From an uncultured Planctomycetaceae bacterium (GTDB lineage Bacteria; Planctomycetota; Planctomycetia; Planctomycetales; Planctomycetaceae): a stretch of DNA of 64,000 nt. The stretch is taken from contig CAWFGE010000017.1 in assembly GCA_963815195.1 (NCBI GenBank), forward strand, positions 32,001-96,000, in the 5' to 3' direction. The position numbers were made by a program, and so were the translations under genes. Below are positions 1-10,634 of the stretch, one piece after another; the stretch's first letter is position 1; each line of letters opens with the position of its first letter. Under the pieces are notes generated by a model. The model searched no databases. It was not told the origin of the DNA and was given only the letters and a program-made list of their open reading frames with translations.

Positions 1-422
1 TTCTCACGCCCTATCCGGGAACGCCCTTATTTCGGCAGATGGAAAAGGAAGGACGATTGCTCCACAAGGACTGGAGCCGGTACGACACGGCCCACGTTGT
101 GTTTCGGCCCCGGCACATGACGCCCGAGGAGTTGGAAGCGGGCTATGCGTGGTGCTATCGGCGGCTGTTTTCGCACCGGTCCATCTGGCGGAGGCGGCCG
201 CCTGATAACAAAGCCGTCGTGCCTTATTTGGCGATGTCCTATCTCTACAAGCGGTCGAACTTTCTGTGGCATTTGCTGATTCGGCACCGGCTGACGGGCA
301 GGGTCTGGCGGCCGCTGGTCGAGTGGACCCGCCGCCGGCATTTGCGGTATCGTCATCAACTGGAAAACCACCCCGAGGCGTCCCGGGACCCCGTGGGCGC
401 GGTCATTTCCCCAGGAGTTTGA
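1..422 (+). CDS. Radical SAM protein (probably B12-binding class), C-terminal part; gene starts upstream of the window
   Basis: Frame reads LTPYPGTPLF...DWSRYDTAHVVFRPRHMTPEEL, the typical C-terminal motifs of B12-binding radical SAM proteins. Confidence 0.7.
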   Translation, partial: LTPYPGTPLFRQMEKEGRLLHKDWSRYDTAHVVFRPRHMTPEELEAGYAWCYRRLFSHRSIWRRRPPDNKAVVPYLAMSYLYKRSNFLWHLLIRHRLTGRVWRPLVEWTRRRHLRYRHQLENHPEASRDPVGAVISPGV

Positions 423-526
423 GGGCGAGTCTGGACGATAAGAGAAGGACGTGTCCTGACTTTCCCCGGCGGAAGGACGGGCGAAATCCGTTTGGTTGCC
501 AAATGGAGGTTTTGCCGTAAGCCGTT

Positions 527-1552
527 ATGGAAACACCCTTTCCGCAATTTCTCGTTCGCCGGGAATTTGAGCCGCACCGCCTGCTTCGGGGCGGCCATGC
601 GCAGACGCTCGCGGGAAATTGCCTGCCCGGCGCGAGCTATCCGTCCTCGTCGGCGATCCATCACGTCGAATTTCCCGATGGGGATGCGGTCGCGTTACAT
701 GATGATCGCCCGGCTGGTTGGAAGGACACGGACCTCACCGCGTTTCTGGTGCACGGCTTGGCCGGGACCTCGCAAAGCGGCTATATGCAACGGGTTGCGG
801 GGAAGTTGGCCAGCCAGGGCGTGCGGGTGTTCCGGATGGATCTCCGCGGCTGCGGAGCCGGGGCCGGCCTCGCGAAAATGCCCTATCATCCCGGCCGGTC
901 CCGCGATGGGCTATGGGCTTTGCAGTATGTGGCCGACCGCTGTCCGCGGTCGCCGTTGGCCTTTGTCGGGTTTTCGCTGGGGGCGAACCTGGGACTGAAA
1001 ATGTTGGGCGAGTTTCACGGCGAGTTGCCGGCGAATCTCCGGCGGGCGATCGCGATCAATCCACCCATCGACCTGGAGCAGGCTGCGTACGCTCTCGAAG
1101 GGGTTTTCGCGCGGATTTACAACGCGCATTTCGTGAAGTGCCTGCTCAAGCAGATCGCCAAGTCTCCGCGATTGATCCGCCGGAAGGCGATGCTCACCCA
1201 CGGCAAACGGCTGCGGAAGATCCGCGACTTCGACGACTACTACACCCGCGCGGTGTGGGGCTATGCTTCGGTTTCCGATTATTACACCGACGGCAGTGCC
1301 GGGCCGTGGCTCGAGCACATCGGCGTGCCCACGCTGATTCTCACGTCCAAAGACGACCCCATCGTGCCGCACACCGTCTTCGCCGACGCGCCGCGTTCCC
1401 CATTCGTGCAAGTGCTGTTCATGGAAACCGGCGGCCACATGGGTTACATCAGCCGGCGGGGTCTCGAAGGCGACTGCCGGTGGATGGAATGGAGAATCGT
1501 GGACTGGGTCACGGCCGAAGAACCGCGAGCGGCCCTCTCAATCGCCGCCTGA
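527..1552 (+). CDS. YheT-family alpha/beta hydrolase
   Basis: GGHAQT, HGLAG, nucleophile elbow GFSLG, DDPIV and GGHMGY motifs; ggagg RBS upstream. Confidence 0.85.
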   Translation: METPFPQFLVRREFEPHRLLRGGHAQTLAGNCLPGASYPSSSAIHHVEFPDGDAVALHDDRPAGWKDTDLTAFLVHGLAGTSQSGYMQRVAGKLASQGVRVFRMDLRGCGAGAGLAKMPYHPGRSRDGLWALQYVADRCPRSPLAFVGFSLGANLGLKMLGEFHGELPANLRRAIAINPPIDLEQAAYALEGVFARIYNAHFVKCLLKQIAKSPRLIRRKAMLTHGKRLRKIRDFDDYYTRAVWGYASVSDYYTDGSAGPWLEHIGVPTLILTSKDDPIVPHTVFADAPRSPFVQVLFMETGGHMGYISRRGLEGDCRWMEWRIVDWVTAEEPRAALSIAA

Positions 1553-1702
1553 TTCGGATTCCCTCGTTTCGAGGGGCCGTCAACTCGGCGGTTGATTTCT
1601 GCCGGCGATGTGCGTAACTCATGAAACTCCGTGGAGAATTTGCCATAATGGAGCGGCTGTTGATGTGAAGGGATTTCTCCTTCTTCTTTGGGAGGCTTGG
1701 CC

Positions 1703-3019
1703 ATGCACGCGACCGATCGACGCACGTTTTTGAAGGAAGCCGGGGCCGGTGCCGCGGCGGTGAGTTTGGGGGCGGCCCAATTGTATGCCGCGGGCAGCGA
1801 TCGCACGAAGATCGCGGTGATCGGTCCCGGCGGCATGGGATCGAATCACACCCGCCTGCTCGCCAACCGCAAGGATGTGGAACTCGTCTATGTCTGCGAC
1901 GTGGATCGGCACCGCTTGGAACGGGCCGTGGAACTCGTCAAGTCGGGCGCGGGGACGACGCCCAAAGCCGTGACCGACATGCGGGAGATCCTCAAAGACA
2001 AGGATGTGGAAGCGGTGTTCCTCGCCACGCCCGACCATTGGCACGCCCCGGCGGCGATCCTGGCTTTGGAGCACGGCAAGCACGTTTATGTCGAAAAGCC
2101 GATGTGCCACAACATCCGCGAAGGCCGCATGACCGTCGATGCGGTCGCCCGCAGCGGCAAAACGGTGCAAGTCGGCACGCAAAGCCGCAGCACGGGGTTC
2201 GATCGGGAAGCAATCGAACGCCTCCAAAATGGAGAGATCGGCGAAGTGCTTGTCGCCAAGGCCTGGAACAGTCAACTGCGGCGGTCCATCGGCAAAACCC
2301 AACCCGGCGAACCGCCCGCTTATCTCGACTTTGATCTCTGGCTCGGTCCCGCGAAGAAAGTGCCCTATCGGTCGAACCTGCTGCCCGGCATTTGGCGGTG
2401 GTGGTATGACTTCGGCTGCGGCGACATCGGCAACGACGGCGTCCACGATCTCGACATGGCTCTGTGGGGCCTCGGCGTGACGACGCACCCGTCCAAGGCG
2501 ATGTGCCTCGGCGGGAAATCCTTTTTCGATGACGACCAGCAATTTCCCGACACGCAGTACGCCGTGTTCGAATACCCCGCGGAAAACGGCGGCCGGCCCA
2601 AGCAACTGATCTTCGAGCAGCGGATCTGGTCGCCGTACAAGCAGGAAGGCTACGAGAACGGGGCCGCGTTCTACGGCACGAAGGGCGTGTTGATTCTGGG
2701 GCATTCCGTCGGCTGGCGGCTGTATGGGCCACGGAATAAACTGATCGCCGAGAAAACCGGCAGCGTGGACCTCGCCGCCCATCACCAGAACTTCTTCGAC
2801 AGCTTTCGCGGCAGCGATCACACGCCGAACGCCGACGTCCACGCGGGGCACCGGGCGGCGACGATCGTGCACCTGGCGAACATCTCCGCCCGCGTCGGCC
2901 GCTCGCTGGCGTTCGATCCGGTCCGCGAGACGATCCTTAATGATCAAGAGGCCTCGTCGCTGTTGGGCCGAACCTACCGCGACAACCACTGGGCCGACCC
3001 CCGGCAGTTCGCGAGTTAG
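1703..3019 (+). CDS. Gfo/Idh/MocA oxidoreductase with Tat signal
   Basis: DRRTFLK twin-arginine signal; IGPGGMG; ATPDHWH; YVEKP; GVHDLD. Confidence 0.9.
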   Translation: MHATDRRTFLKEAGAGAAAVSLGAAQLYAAGSDRTKIAVIGPGGMGSNHTRLLANRKDVELVYVCDVDRHRLERAVELVKSGAGTTPKAVTDMREILKDKDVEAVFLATPDHWHAPAAILALEHGKHVYVEKPMCHNIREGRMTVDAVARSGKTVQVGTQSRSTGFDREAIERLQNGEIGEVLVAKAWNSQLRRSIGKTQPGEPPAYLDFDLWLGPAKKVPYRSNLLPGIWRWWYDFGCGDIGNDGVHDLDMALWGLGVTTHPSKAMCLGGKSFFDDDQQFPDTQYAVFEYPAENGGRPKQLIFEQRIWSPYKQEGYENGAAFYGTKGVLILGHSVGWRLYGPRNKLIAEKTGSVDLAAHHQNFFDSFRGSDHTPNADVHAGHRAATIVHLANISARVGRSLAFDPVRETILNDQEASSLLGRTYRDNHWADPRQFAS

Positions 3020-3063
3020 TGTCTGTCCCGACGACGATTAGGCAGTTGCCAGGCAACCGCCCA

Positions 3064-3999
3064 TCACCATTTTTTCATCAGACGGTTGAGCGTGCCCGGG
3101 TCCACGGGGCCTTCGTGAATGACGAGGCGGTATTTGAGGACCACAGGCTCGGTTTCGGACAGGGCGACCGGCTCGCGGCCGGGGTAGGCGGGGTTTTGCA
3201 TGCTCCGCTCGGAACGGAGGATCCAAGGCTGCGGGGAGCCGGGGTTTTCGGGATGATCCAATATCGCCACGCCGCCCGCGGGCGTCGCCACATCCACCCA
3301 AGGCCCGGCTTTGACGGCGGCGGTTTGCGGGTGCACCGGGCCGTTCGGATCGCGAAAGGTCGTGTCGGGCGAGAGTTTGATGCGGGCCGAGAACCCGCCG
3401 TAGCCTTTGACATCTTCCGAGCCGCCGATTTTGACGCCGGACTTTAAGGCCAAGAGCCGGATTTCAAAATCGACGAGCCGCAGGCTGTCTTTGTTGGCGT
3501 GAACGGTAATCGTGGTGTTCTCGTCGACCACGGGAACGGGACGCTTCCGGTCATCCGTCAAGAGGCTCGATGTCCAAAGCACATGGGCATGAATCGCGAT
3601 CGCGGCGGGGTCTTGGTCCTCGATTTTGACGGATTGGACTTTCGCCAAAAAATCCTTCGTGGTCCAGGCGTCGCCGAGCTTTTGCTCGCCGACCCAAAGC
3701 TGATGCCAGGCCCAAAGAATCCCGCGATGATGCCGATGGTCGGCGGGAAAGTCCTCGGTGAGCACCTTGCCCGTGAGGTCGTAAAGCGGATGCACATAGT
3801 TCGCCCGCTTGTAGCCGTTCTGCGACTTGGGCTGTTTTTGATAGAACAGCACCTTCTGCCCGGACTCTTTCACCAGGACGCCGGCGTCCGCCGTTTCCAC
3901 GCTGAAGCCGGCGGGTTCTTTCGCGAACGCCGCGGAGGAAAGGCCCGCTCCGAAGAGCAGCGCAAACAAAGCCGACCGAAGAGCGATGCGCAGAAGCAT
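3064..3999 (-). CDS. Secreted DUF6807/PmoA-like (PF14100-type) protein
   Basis: Signal peptide; YVHPLY...DFPADHRHHRGILWAW; KGYGGFSAR; DHPENP. Start chosen at MLLRI. Confidence 0.7.
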   Translation of the reverse strand: MLLRIALRSALFALLFGAGLSSAAFAKEPAGFSVETADAGVLVKESGQKVLFYQKQPKSQNGYKRANYVHPLYDLTGKVLTEDFPADHRHHRGILWAWHQLWVGEQKLGDAWTTKDFLAKVQSVKIEDQDPAAIAIHAHVLWTSSLLTDDRKRPVPVVDENTTITVHANKDSLRLVDFEIRLLALKSGVKIGGSEDVKGYGGFSARIKLSPDTTFRDPNGPVHPQTAAVKAGPWVDVATPAGGVAILDHPENPGSPQPWILRSERSMQNPAYPGREPVALSETEPVVLKYRLVIHEGPVDPGTLNRLMKKW

Positions 4000-4101
4000 G
4001 AGCGAAGCCTCACGAAACGGGAACGATGTCGAGACGCGATGTGGATATTCTCGGCGGATCGCGGCCAAAGTGCAATCAAGGGCCGGACCGCTGACTTCGT
4101 G

Positions 4102-4273
4102 CTATCCCAGCGTGAAATCCGGCAATTTGACGAGTGCGCCGCCTTTCGTCGCGGATTCGTGGGCGCAACGTGCGGCTCGTTTTCGATCAATGCCCACTCG
4201 AAACTCTTCTTCGTGTCGTAAATGTCGAAGCTCTCGCGATACTTCCGGGCCACATCGTAAAGGAACCGCCAAA
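4102..4273 (-). pseudogene. Diverged, internally deleted duplicate of the 3' end of the Gfo/Idh/MocA gene at 6357-7474
   Basis: Encodes WRFLYDVARKYRESFDIYDTKKSFEWALIENEPHV joined to CAHESATKGGALVKLPDFTLG*, matching ~6686-6790 and ~6357-6423. Confidence 0.85.
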
Positions 4274-4277
4274 GGAT

Positions 4278-4904
4278 TTATTGAACGGCATTCTCAGCGA
4301 GCGATAGCATTTCCTCTAGCATCGTTTTGAGATAAGGGCATTTGCTCACAGCAATTTTCGGATCAAGATCGGAGAACAACGTTTTCCCATACGTCGTCTT
4401 TTTGTAATTCTGCCCGAGCTTTTGCTTATAAATTCGATCCAGGAGTTTCGCAGGGGGTTCGGTGAAATTCACCTTTTCAGGTCGCCGGATTTTCTTGGGG
4501 AATGCATTCCTCACTTCGCTCGGAAAGATTTCGGGCTGGCTGAGCAACCAGGCTTCCGTTTCATGGACGGCAAAGAACATGCGAAATCGCTCATTCTCCA
4601 CCGCCTTTTCATAATGCGATTTTCCCCAATCGTATTTTTGTTTGACGGTCGCGGCATGGGAGGGGAAAAAGTTGGGACCGTAGAGATCCAATAATCCGAT
4701 CGCCGCGATGATCTCGGATTGCTTCGGTCCGTTCAGATGCATTTGAGCCTTGGTGACGGCGTTTTTGTCGAAATCGGAATAGCCATTAAACTTGACGATT
4801 TGAATTTTGACCGACTTGGGAAGCTGTGGATCGAGCCAGCGTTTGAAAAAATCTGGAAGCGCAACGCTCTCCGTTTTTCCTTCAACCAGAAGCAAGAATT
4901 TCAC
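4278..4904 (-). CDS. DUF4276-family (RloB/TOPRIM-like) protein
   Basis: N-terminal LLVEGKTE, LLDLYG, HETEAWLL, PEKVN, YKKTTYG and KCPY motifs; GTG start overlaps the ATPase stop. Confidence 0.75.
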   Translation of the reverse strand: MKFLLLVEGKTESVALPDFFKRWLDPQLPKSVKIQIVKFNGYSDFDKNAVTKAQMHLNGPKQSEIIAAIGLLDLYGPNFFPSHAATVKQKYDWGKSHYEKAVENERFRMFFAVHETEAWLLSQPEIFPSEVRNAFPKKIRRPEKVNFTEPPAKLLDRIYKQKLGQNYKKTTYGKTLFSDLDPKIAVSKCPYLKTMLEEMLSLAENAVQ

Positions 4905-6166
4905 GGCATGGCCTCAAGTTCTTGGCTTCGATAAAGCTCCCCCAATGTATACTGCTTGAGCCAATAGCCTAACTCTTCCCCAGAGATGGTGCGCAGGTTC
5001 GTCTCTCCGTTATGCCATTCCACGACGGTTGTTGTGGGAATGGTCTCGTCAAATGCATCGAGAAATTCCGGCGAATGCGTTGTCAGAATAACCTGCGCCC
5101 GCGACGCAGCGTGGCAGGCATACTCGGCGACAATCGGAAACATGGACGGATGCAGGCCCGTTTCAGGTTCATCGATCGCGATAAGAGGCGGTGGTAATGG
5201 ATTGGCCAGAACGGCAATCAGAAACAAAAAACGGAGCGTCCCATCTGATAGATCCGCAGTGGATTGCTCGCGCTTGAGGTTCTTCCACCGGATTCTCATT
5301 TGAATCCGCTGATCCGCTGCCGGGGGAAAAACCAACTCCTCAAACTCATTGTTGAAAGCAGCCCGCATCGCGGAGTCGATTTCTTTCTTGAACTCGCGTT
5401 TGCTCGTGTAAAGGCTATGAAGCACCGAAATGAGGTTCGATCCCTCGGAATCGACTTGCGTCTCCCGGCGGGTGAGTTGGGCTTCCCGAACGGGAGCTTT
5501 CCGATGCGTTTGAAATCCCTGGTAGATTTTCCACTGGGCAAGTTCCTGCTGAAATCCCGCCACAAACCGATTGGCCGCAAACGGGCCCGTTGCAAACGAG
5601 AGCAATGTTTCTTCTTCAGGCAGTGAATCCTCCACGGCTTGAATCGGCTGCTCTTCGGTGGGATAGGGAATCGTTGTCGTCGTCGTTTGATCCGAAGCGG
5701 GGACCTTTTCGAACTGTTGGGAATCTATGGAGAAGACCACGGCTTGATGGGGAGATCGTACCAACAATTTGAACGGATCCTGCATCTCTCCTGTCTCGAC
5801 TCTGCAGTAATTCCCCAAGACTTCATGATTGATGCGATAGCTGCTGGAAGAACCAATCCGTCCCATTTCCAATTTGTATGTGAACGCGTCGGTCGTGGGA
5901 TCGGAATAGGGAGGTAGGGGCGTCATCTTTGTGCGGATTGCGATTTTGTCCGCCTGACCGTCCCAGACAAGCGGTTCCATTCCACCTTGTTGTTGGACAT
6001 AGGATCCCAGGCGGCCGTTGGCGGCGGCGGAGAGAAGTTCCAAAACACTCAGAAGGTTGGACTTTCCGCTTCGGTTGGGGCCGATCAACACATTTAATTC
6101 GCCAGGATGCCATGTTTGGCTTTTGAAGGAGCGAAATCCTTCGACCTGCAATTCGAGAATCTTCAT
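4901..6166 (-). CDS. ABC/AAA_21-type ATPase (AbiEii/SMC-like)
   Basis: GFRSF, Walker A GPNRSGKSN, signature LSDGT, Walker B/D-loop IDEPETGLHP, H-loop TTHSP. Confidence 0.9.
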   Translation of the reverse strand: MKILELQVEGFRSFKSQTWHPGELNVLIGPNRSGKSNLLSVLELLSAAANGRLGSYVQQQGGMEPLVWDGQADKIAIRTKMTPLPPYSDPTTDAFTYKLEMGRIGSSSSYRINHEVLGNYCRVETGEMQDPFKLLVRSPHQAVVFSIDSQQFEKVPASDQTTTTTIPYPTEEQPIQAVEDSLPEEETLLSFATGPFAANRFVAGFQQELAQWKIYQGFQTHRKAPVREAQLTRRETQVDSEGSNLISVLHSLYTSKREFKKEIDSAMRAAFNNEFEELVFPPAADQRIQMRIRWKNLKREQSTADLSDGTLRFLFLIAVLANPLPPPLIAIDEPETGLHPSMFPIVAEYACHAASRAQVILTTHSPEFLDAFDETIPTTTVVEWHNGETNLRTISGEELGYWLKQYTLGELYRSQELEAMP

Positions 6167-6356
6167 GTTGCTGGACCAACCTCCGATATGCTTGCTCTTA
6201 GCACCTCTCAAAAATGAGATGCCCTCATTACGATGTCGTGAACATCATGTCTGCCAATCTTCCCGCTTGATTCATAATACACAAAATACCGAAGCGCGAT
6301 GCGACTTCGGTATCCGTGTGCGTTGAAATTTGGGAAACCGATTCCGGCACGGAACC

Positions 6357-7474
6357 TTATCCCAATGTAAAGTCCGGCAGCTTGACGATCTCGCCGCCTT
6401 TGGCGGCGGATTCGTGGGCGCAAATGCCGACGCAGGTCCAATTGGCGCTGGTGACGGCATTGGGGCGGGGGTCGCGGTCTTCGATCAGGGCGCGATGAAT
6501 TCATTGGCCAAATGCGGATGCGACCCGCCGTGCCCGCCGCCTTGGATGAACGACAGATGCTCGGTGTCGTGAATCTCCTGCGGCAGCGTAAACTTGCGGA
6601 TGGACTCGGGCAGCAGATGGGCGTAATCCGGAACTTCCACCCGCTCGGGGATTTCCGGTTCGGGCTTCTTCGCGGTGTGGAGGACGTGCGGCTCGTTTTC
6701 AATGAGGGCCCATTCGAAACTTTTCTTCGTGCCGTAAACGTCGAAGCTCTCGCGATACTGCCGGGCCACATCGTAAAGGAACCGCCAAATGTGCGCGGTG
6801 AGGTCCTGGTCTTTGACTTTGATGTGGCAGGTCTCGACGGCGAAGCGGTTGCCGGACTTCTGGGCGATGTCGTCCCGCACGGTGCCGGAACCGAAGCAGC
6901 TCACATACTCCGCGAGCCCATCGACCAGGCCCAAACACGGGCTGACGACGTGCGTGGCATAGTGCATGGGGATCATTCGCTGCCAATACTCCGGCCAGCC
7001 GTCCATGTCCTGCGGATGCGACGCCGCGAGATATTGAATCTTCCCCAACTCGCCTTTCTCGTAAAGCTCCTTGATAAACAGAAACTCCCGGCTGTAAACC
7101 ACAGTCTCGGCCATCATATATTTGAGGCCCGTCTGTTTGACCTTCTCCACGATCTGCCGGCATTCGTCGATCGTCGTCGCCATCGGCACGGTGCACATCA
7201 CATGCTTGCCGGCGTCCAAGGCTTTGAGCGACATCCACGCGTGGTCGTTGATCGGGCTGTTGATGTGCACGAAATCCACATCCGGATCCGCGAGCACTTG
7301 ATCGTAACTCGTGTAGCGCTTCTCGATGCCGAACTGGTCGCCCGCCTTGTTCAATTGGGTTTGATCCCGGCGGCAGATGGCGTGCACGTTCGCGTTGGGG
7401 TGGGCTTGATAAATCGGAATGAACTCGGCCCCGAACCCCAGCCCAATCATCGCCACGTTCACGGTTTTGCTCAT
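6357..7474 (-). CDS. Gfo/Idh/MocA oxidoreductase (apparent frameshift near 6490)
   Basis: IGLGFG Rossmann motif; GGGHGGSHPHL; the C-terminus ...CAHESAAKGGEIVKLPDFTLG* continues in another frame. Confidence 0.85.
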
Positions 7475-7716
7475 GGTGTTCCCTTTCGATTCGCAGGTGG
7501 ATTTCAATGGTGGTGCCAGCAGCAAGTCGGCGAGTTGGCCGTCCATTATGGGGCGTTCCCGATCCAATTTCCACACCGCTCGCCAACGGTCCTTGAACGC
7601 GAGCCGAGCAGTCGATTATTCCGGATGGGGTGGCACGTCCCGGAGTGCGGCGAAGGGCGTGGCAATCGCGAAAACCAAGCCCCAATGCACTCCTTGGGCT
7701 AGCGCCGAGCGGCCGA

Positions 7717-8931
7717 TTATTCGGGCGGGCGGATCAGGACGGCGTCGCACCAGTCGGCGTAGTCGCGGACATCGCCGAACTGCCCGAACTCCACGCGCAG
7801 CGTCAACCGCTTCGCCCCGGCGACGGAAATCGGCGGCAACATAAGGGCGGACTGCCCGGCGGTTTGGGGACCTTTTTGAAATATCTGTTTCCCGTCCACG
7901 TCCACCTTGAACACAACGCTCCCGCCGGCTTGGGCGGCATCGTCCACGCCGGCGGTCGCGCGAAACGTTTGAAACTTGCCGTCCAAGTCGTAGCTCACCG
8001 CCGACCGGCTATGCATGCCCAGGCCTTTGGGATATTCGCGTCCGTCCAGGCGGAGCGGCTCGCCGAGCACGTTGCGGTCCGGCTTGAGGTCCCAATGCCC
8101 GGCGAGATAGGGCTGCTGCTCGTAGCGGGCGGGCTCGAGATCGCTCAAATACACCGCCCGCCCGCCCAGGCAGCGGATGGAGACAACCGCCGAGATCGGC
8201 AAATCGAGCGGAGCCCCGAACGCGGCTTTCGCGGCCAGCCGATCTTCCCCCGCGCGCTTTAGATCGGTGACGGTGATTTGCGAGCCGTCGGTGAGCGAAA
8301 GCAGCATCGAGGGGCCCGTCACCTTGGGAAAGCTGACCAGTTCCCGATTCATCGTCACCAGGCGAATGCTGTCGCGTTCGATCGCGGTTTCGCCCACGGC
8401 ACTTTCCAGGCGGAGGACTTTCTCGTCGAGTCCCACAAATTCGCCGCTGGCCTGGTCGCCGTTTTTGAGGTCCACCAGGTCGGCCTTTTGCCGGCGGTCC
8501 ATTACCGTGCGGAGCGCCTCGGCCCGCGCGGCCTTGATGTCGGGAACTTCCAAAATGAAGCCCGCAATCGTTTCCAAAGGCACCGTCGCGGGCTTCCAAC
8601 CGGGAAACAGCGTCCATTGGGCCTGGGCCGCGGTGTCGTCGATCGTTTTCGGCCGGGCCGCCAGGCGGTCGCCGTTGGCGAGAAAAATCACCGCCCCGGA
8701 CAAGTGATCTTTCAGCCGTTTGTGCGGAAACTCGATCCTCAGCACATCCCGCGCTGCGAAGGTGCGGGTCCGTTTGTCGATCGACAACGCAACCGACCGC
8801 TGCGTGAGATCTTCCAACGTCCCCGCATGCGATTCGCCGTCGACATCCACCACCGTCATCGTGATCGAGCCCGCTTCGGCGAACGCCGCCCGCCCCGCCA
8901 ACGTCCCCGGAAACACCAAACCGAGCAGCAA
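7717..8931 (-). CDS. Secreted NPCBM/NEW2 domain protein
   Basis: C-terminal YLSDL...DRNV.G.PLRLDGREYPKGLGMHS...GVDD...DYADW; start uncertain. Confidence 0.8.
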   Translation of the reverse strand: MLLGLVFPGTLAGRAAFAEAGSITMTVVDVDGESHAGTLEDLTQRSVALSIDKRTRTFAARDVLRIEFPHKRLKDHLSGAVIFLANGDRLAARPKTIDDTAAQAQWTLFPGWKPATVPLETIAGFILEVPDIKAARAEALRTVMDRRQKADLVDLKNGDQASGEFVGLDEKVLRLESAVGETAIERDSIRLVTMNRELVSFPKVTGPSMLLSLTDGSQITVTDLKRAGEDRLAAKAAFGAPLDLPISAVVSIRCLGGRAVYLSDLEPARYEQQPYLAGHWDLKPDRNVLGEPLRLDGREYPKGLGMHSRSAVSYDLDGKFQTFRATAGVDDAAQAGGSVVFKVDVDGKQIFQKGPQTAGQSALMLPPISVAGAKRLTLRVEFGQFGDVRDYADWCDAVLIRPPE

Positions 8932-9173
8932 GGCCCAACGAAATACCCAGGAGCGATTCGCGGGGATGACGAGGATTTGAACCGCGAAGCGGCGGCAGCA
9001 GATAGCTGCGGCGCCAGCCTGAAGATCAATGAGCGTCCGAATCGATCAAGCCGCGAAGCAGCGACAGCCGCTCCGGTCTTCAATTCACGGCATGTTCCGC
9101 GGTGTGCCATGGATCCCCTTTACGGATTTAAAATTCGCTGCCGTGTGGCGGTTCAGATCAAAAGGTCTCGCTG

Positions 9174-10248
9174 TCACCGTTGGAAAATGGGCAAATAATT
9201 GTTGGGCAGTTGCAGGATGAGCAGGGCCATCGCGGTGCCGTATTCGTTGCACACCGACGTATCCACCCAGGCCCCATCGCCGATTTGCCGGTCAAGCAGT
9301 TCGTCGCGAATCGCGGGATACCACTCTTCCCAAGACCGTCCGCCCGCGTGCCACATGGCTTGCACGGCGTAATAATGCGCGTAGAAATAGTGGCTTTCGT
9401 AGCGGAAGATTTGCCCGCGGGGCAGGAACCGCATGAGGTAATCGAGGCCGCGTTCGATTTCCGGACCTTCAAACAGTCCGGCGTTATACAGTGCCACCAC
9501 GCCCGCCGCCGACCGCGGAAAAACGCTGTCCGGCCGGCCCACGAGTTGGTAGCGAAATCCGCCGTCGGCGTTTTGGCAGCGTTTCACGTATTCCACGCAG
9601 CGGTCCACGGTGGATTTGGGAACGAAAATTCCCGCGTTTCGAGCCGCGCAGAGCGCCATCATCTGGCAGACCGTTACCGAGATGTCCGCCTGGTACGGCT
9701 TGGGAAAATACCGCCAGCCGCCTTCGTCGTTTTGGCAATCCACGATCAGCTTGACCGCCTTTTGCAGGGTCTCTTGCAGTTCTGCGTTGGGCGACATCCC
9801 ATAAACTTCGGCGAGAAACAGCGTCGCGAATCCGTGGCCGTACATCGGTCCGTACGTCTGATACGCCCCGCCGACCATGTGCACGATAAAACCATTGGGC
9901 CGGGCCTGGCTGATCAGGTACTCGGCCGCTTTTTCCACGTGCTGGCCGTATCGGCCGCGGCCCGGCGTGTGCCCCGCGGAGAGAAACGCCATCCCGCACA
10001 GCGCGGTGACGGCCACGTTGCCTTGGTACATCGCCCCAGATCCGAAGGAGCCGTTGCGCGCTGCCGGCCGGCGAGCCATTGCAGGCCGCGGTCGATCGAG
10101 GCTTGCGCGGGCGGGGTGACGAGTTTCATCCCGCTGAGCTCGACCGAGACGTCGGCGCGCGGTTCGGCCGGCCCGCAGGATCCGCGAAGAGCGCCGCCAC
10201 GGCGATGAGGGCGCCGGCACTCGCCACCAAAATCAGAATGCGGTTCAT
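9174..10248 (-). CDS. Prenyltransferase/squalene-oxidase repeat protein (two apparent frameshifts near the 5' end)
   Basis: IDRGLQWLA..Q, MYGHGFATLFLAE, QNDEGGWRY, QNADGGFRY repeats; signal peptide MNRILILV in an upstream frame. Confidence 0.8.
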
Positions 10249-10310
10249 CGGCAGGCCTCCCTGGAATGTCGGTCCGCCAGCGATGACGGCCCTCGGGAGG
10301 CGACCCGAAA

Positions 10311-10634
10311 TCACGGACGAACGGTATCAGGATAATTGAAGGAATTGGGCGGGGAAGGCGGCGGATCGAGCCCCAACAACGCCCGGCTTTCCAGGATTTT
10401 TCGCGGCTCGTCCCGCGGCCGGCTAAACGCCCGCGGCCGGGTGAACGTCTTCGGTCCGATGTCATCGTCGGGGAAGGGATCGTGAATGCTGTACGACCGC
10501 TGTTCCACGGCGGGCGGAGGCGTGCCGATCGTCGGCAGCTGGGTATTCATGGGATTGATGCACCCGCCGCAAACCGCCGCGCACCCCAACGCCCAGCTTC
10601 CCCAAACTCCGCGAACAAACATTCGAGACCTCAT
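10311..10634 (-). CDS. Small putative lipoprotein
   Basis: Hydrophobic N-terminus ending in a CGGC lipobox-like site; HDPFPDDDIGP..RPR motif. Confidence 0.6.
   Translation of the reverse strand: MRSRMFVRGVWGSWALGCAAVCGGCINPMNTQLPTIGTPPPAVEQRSYSIHDPFPDDDIGPKTFTRPRAFSRPRDEPRKILESRALLGLDPPPSPPNSFNYPDTVRP

Noticed and set aside
3064..3999. Methane monooxygenase PmoA
   Set aside because: The family label is misleading; this is a soluble secreted protein without pMMO TM architecture or pmoB/pmoC neighbours
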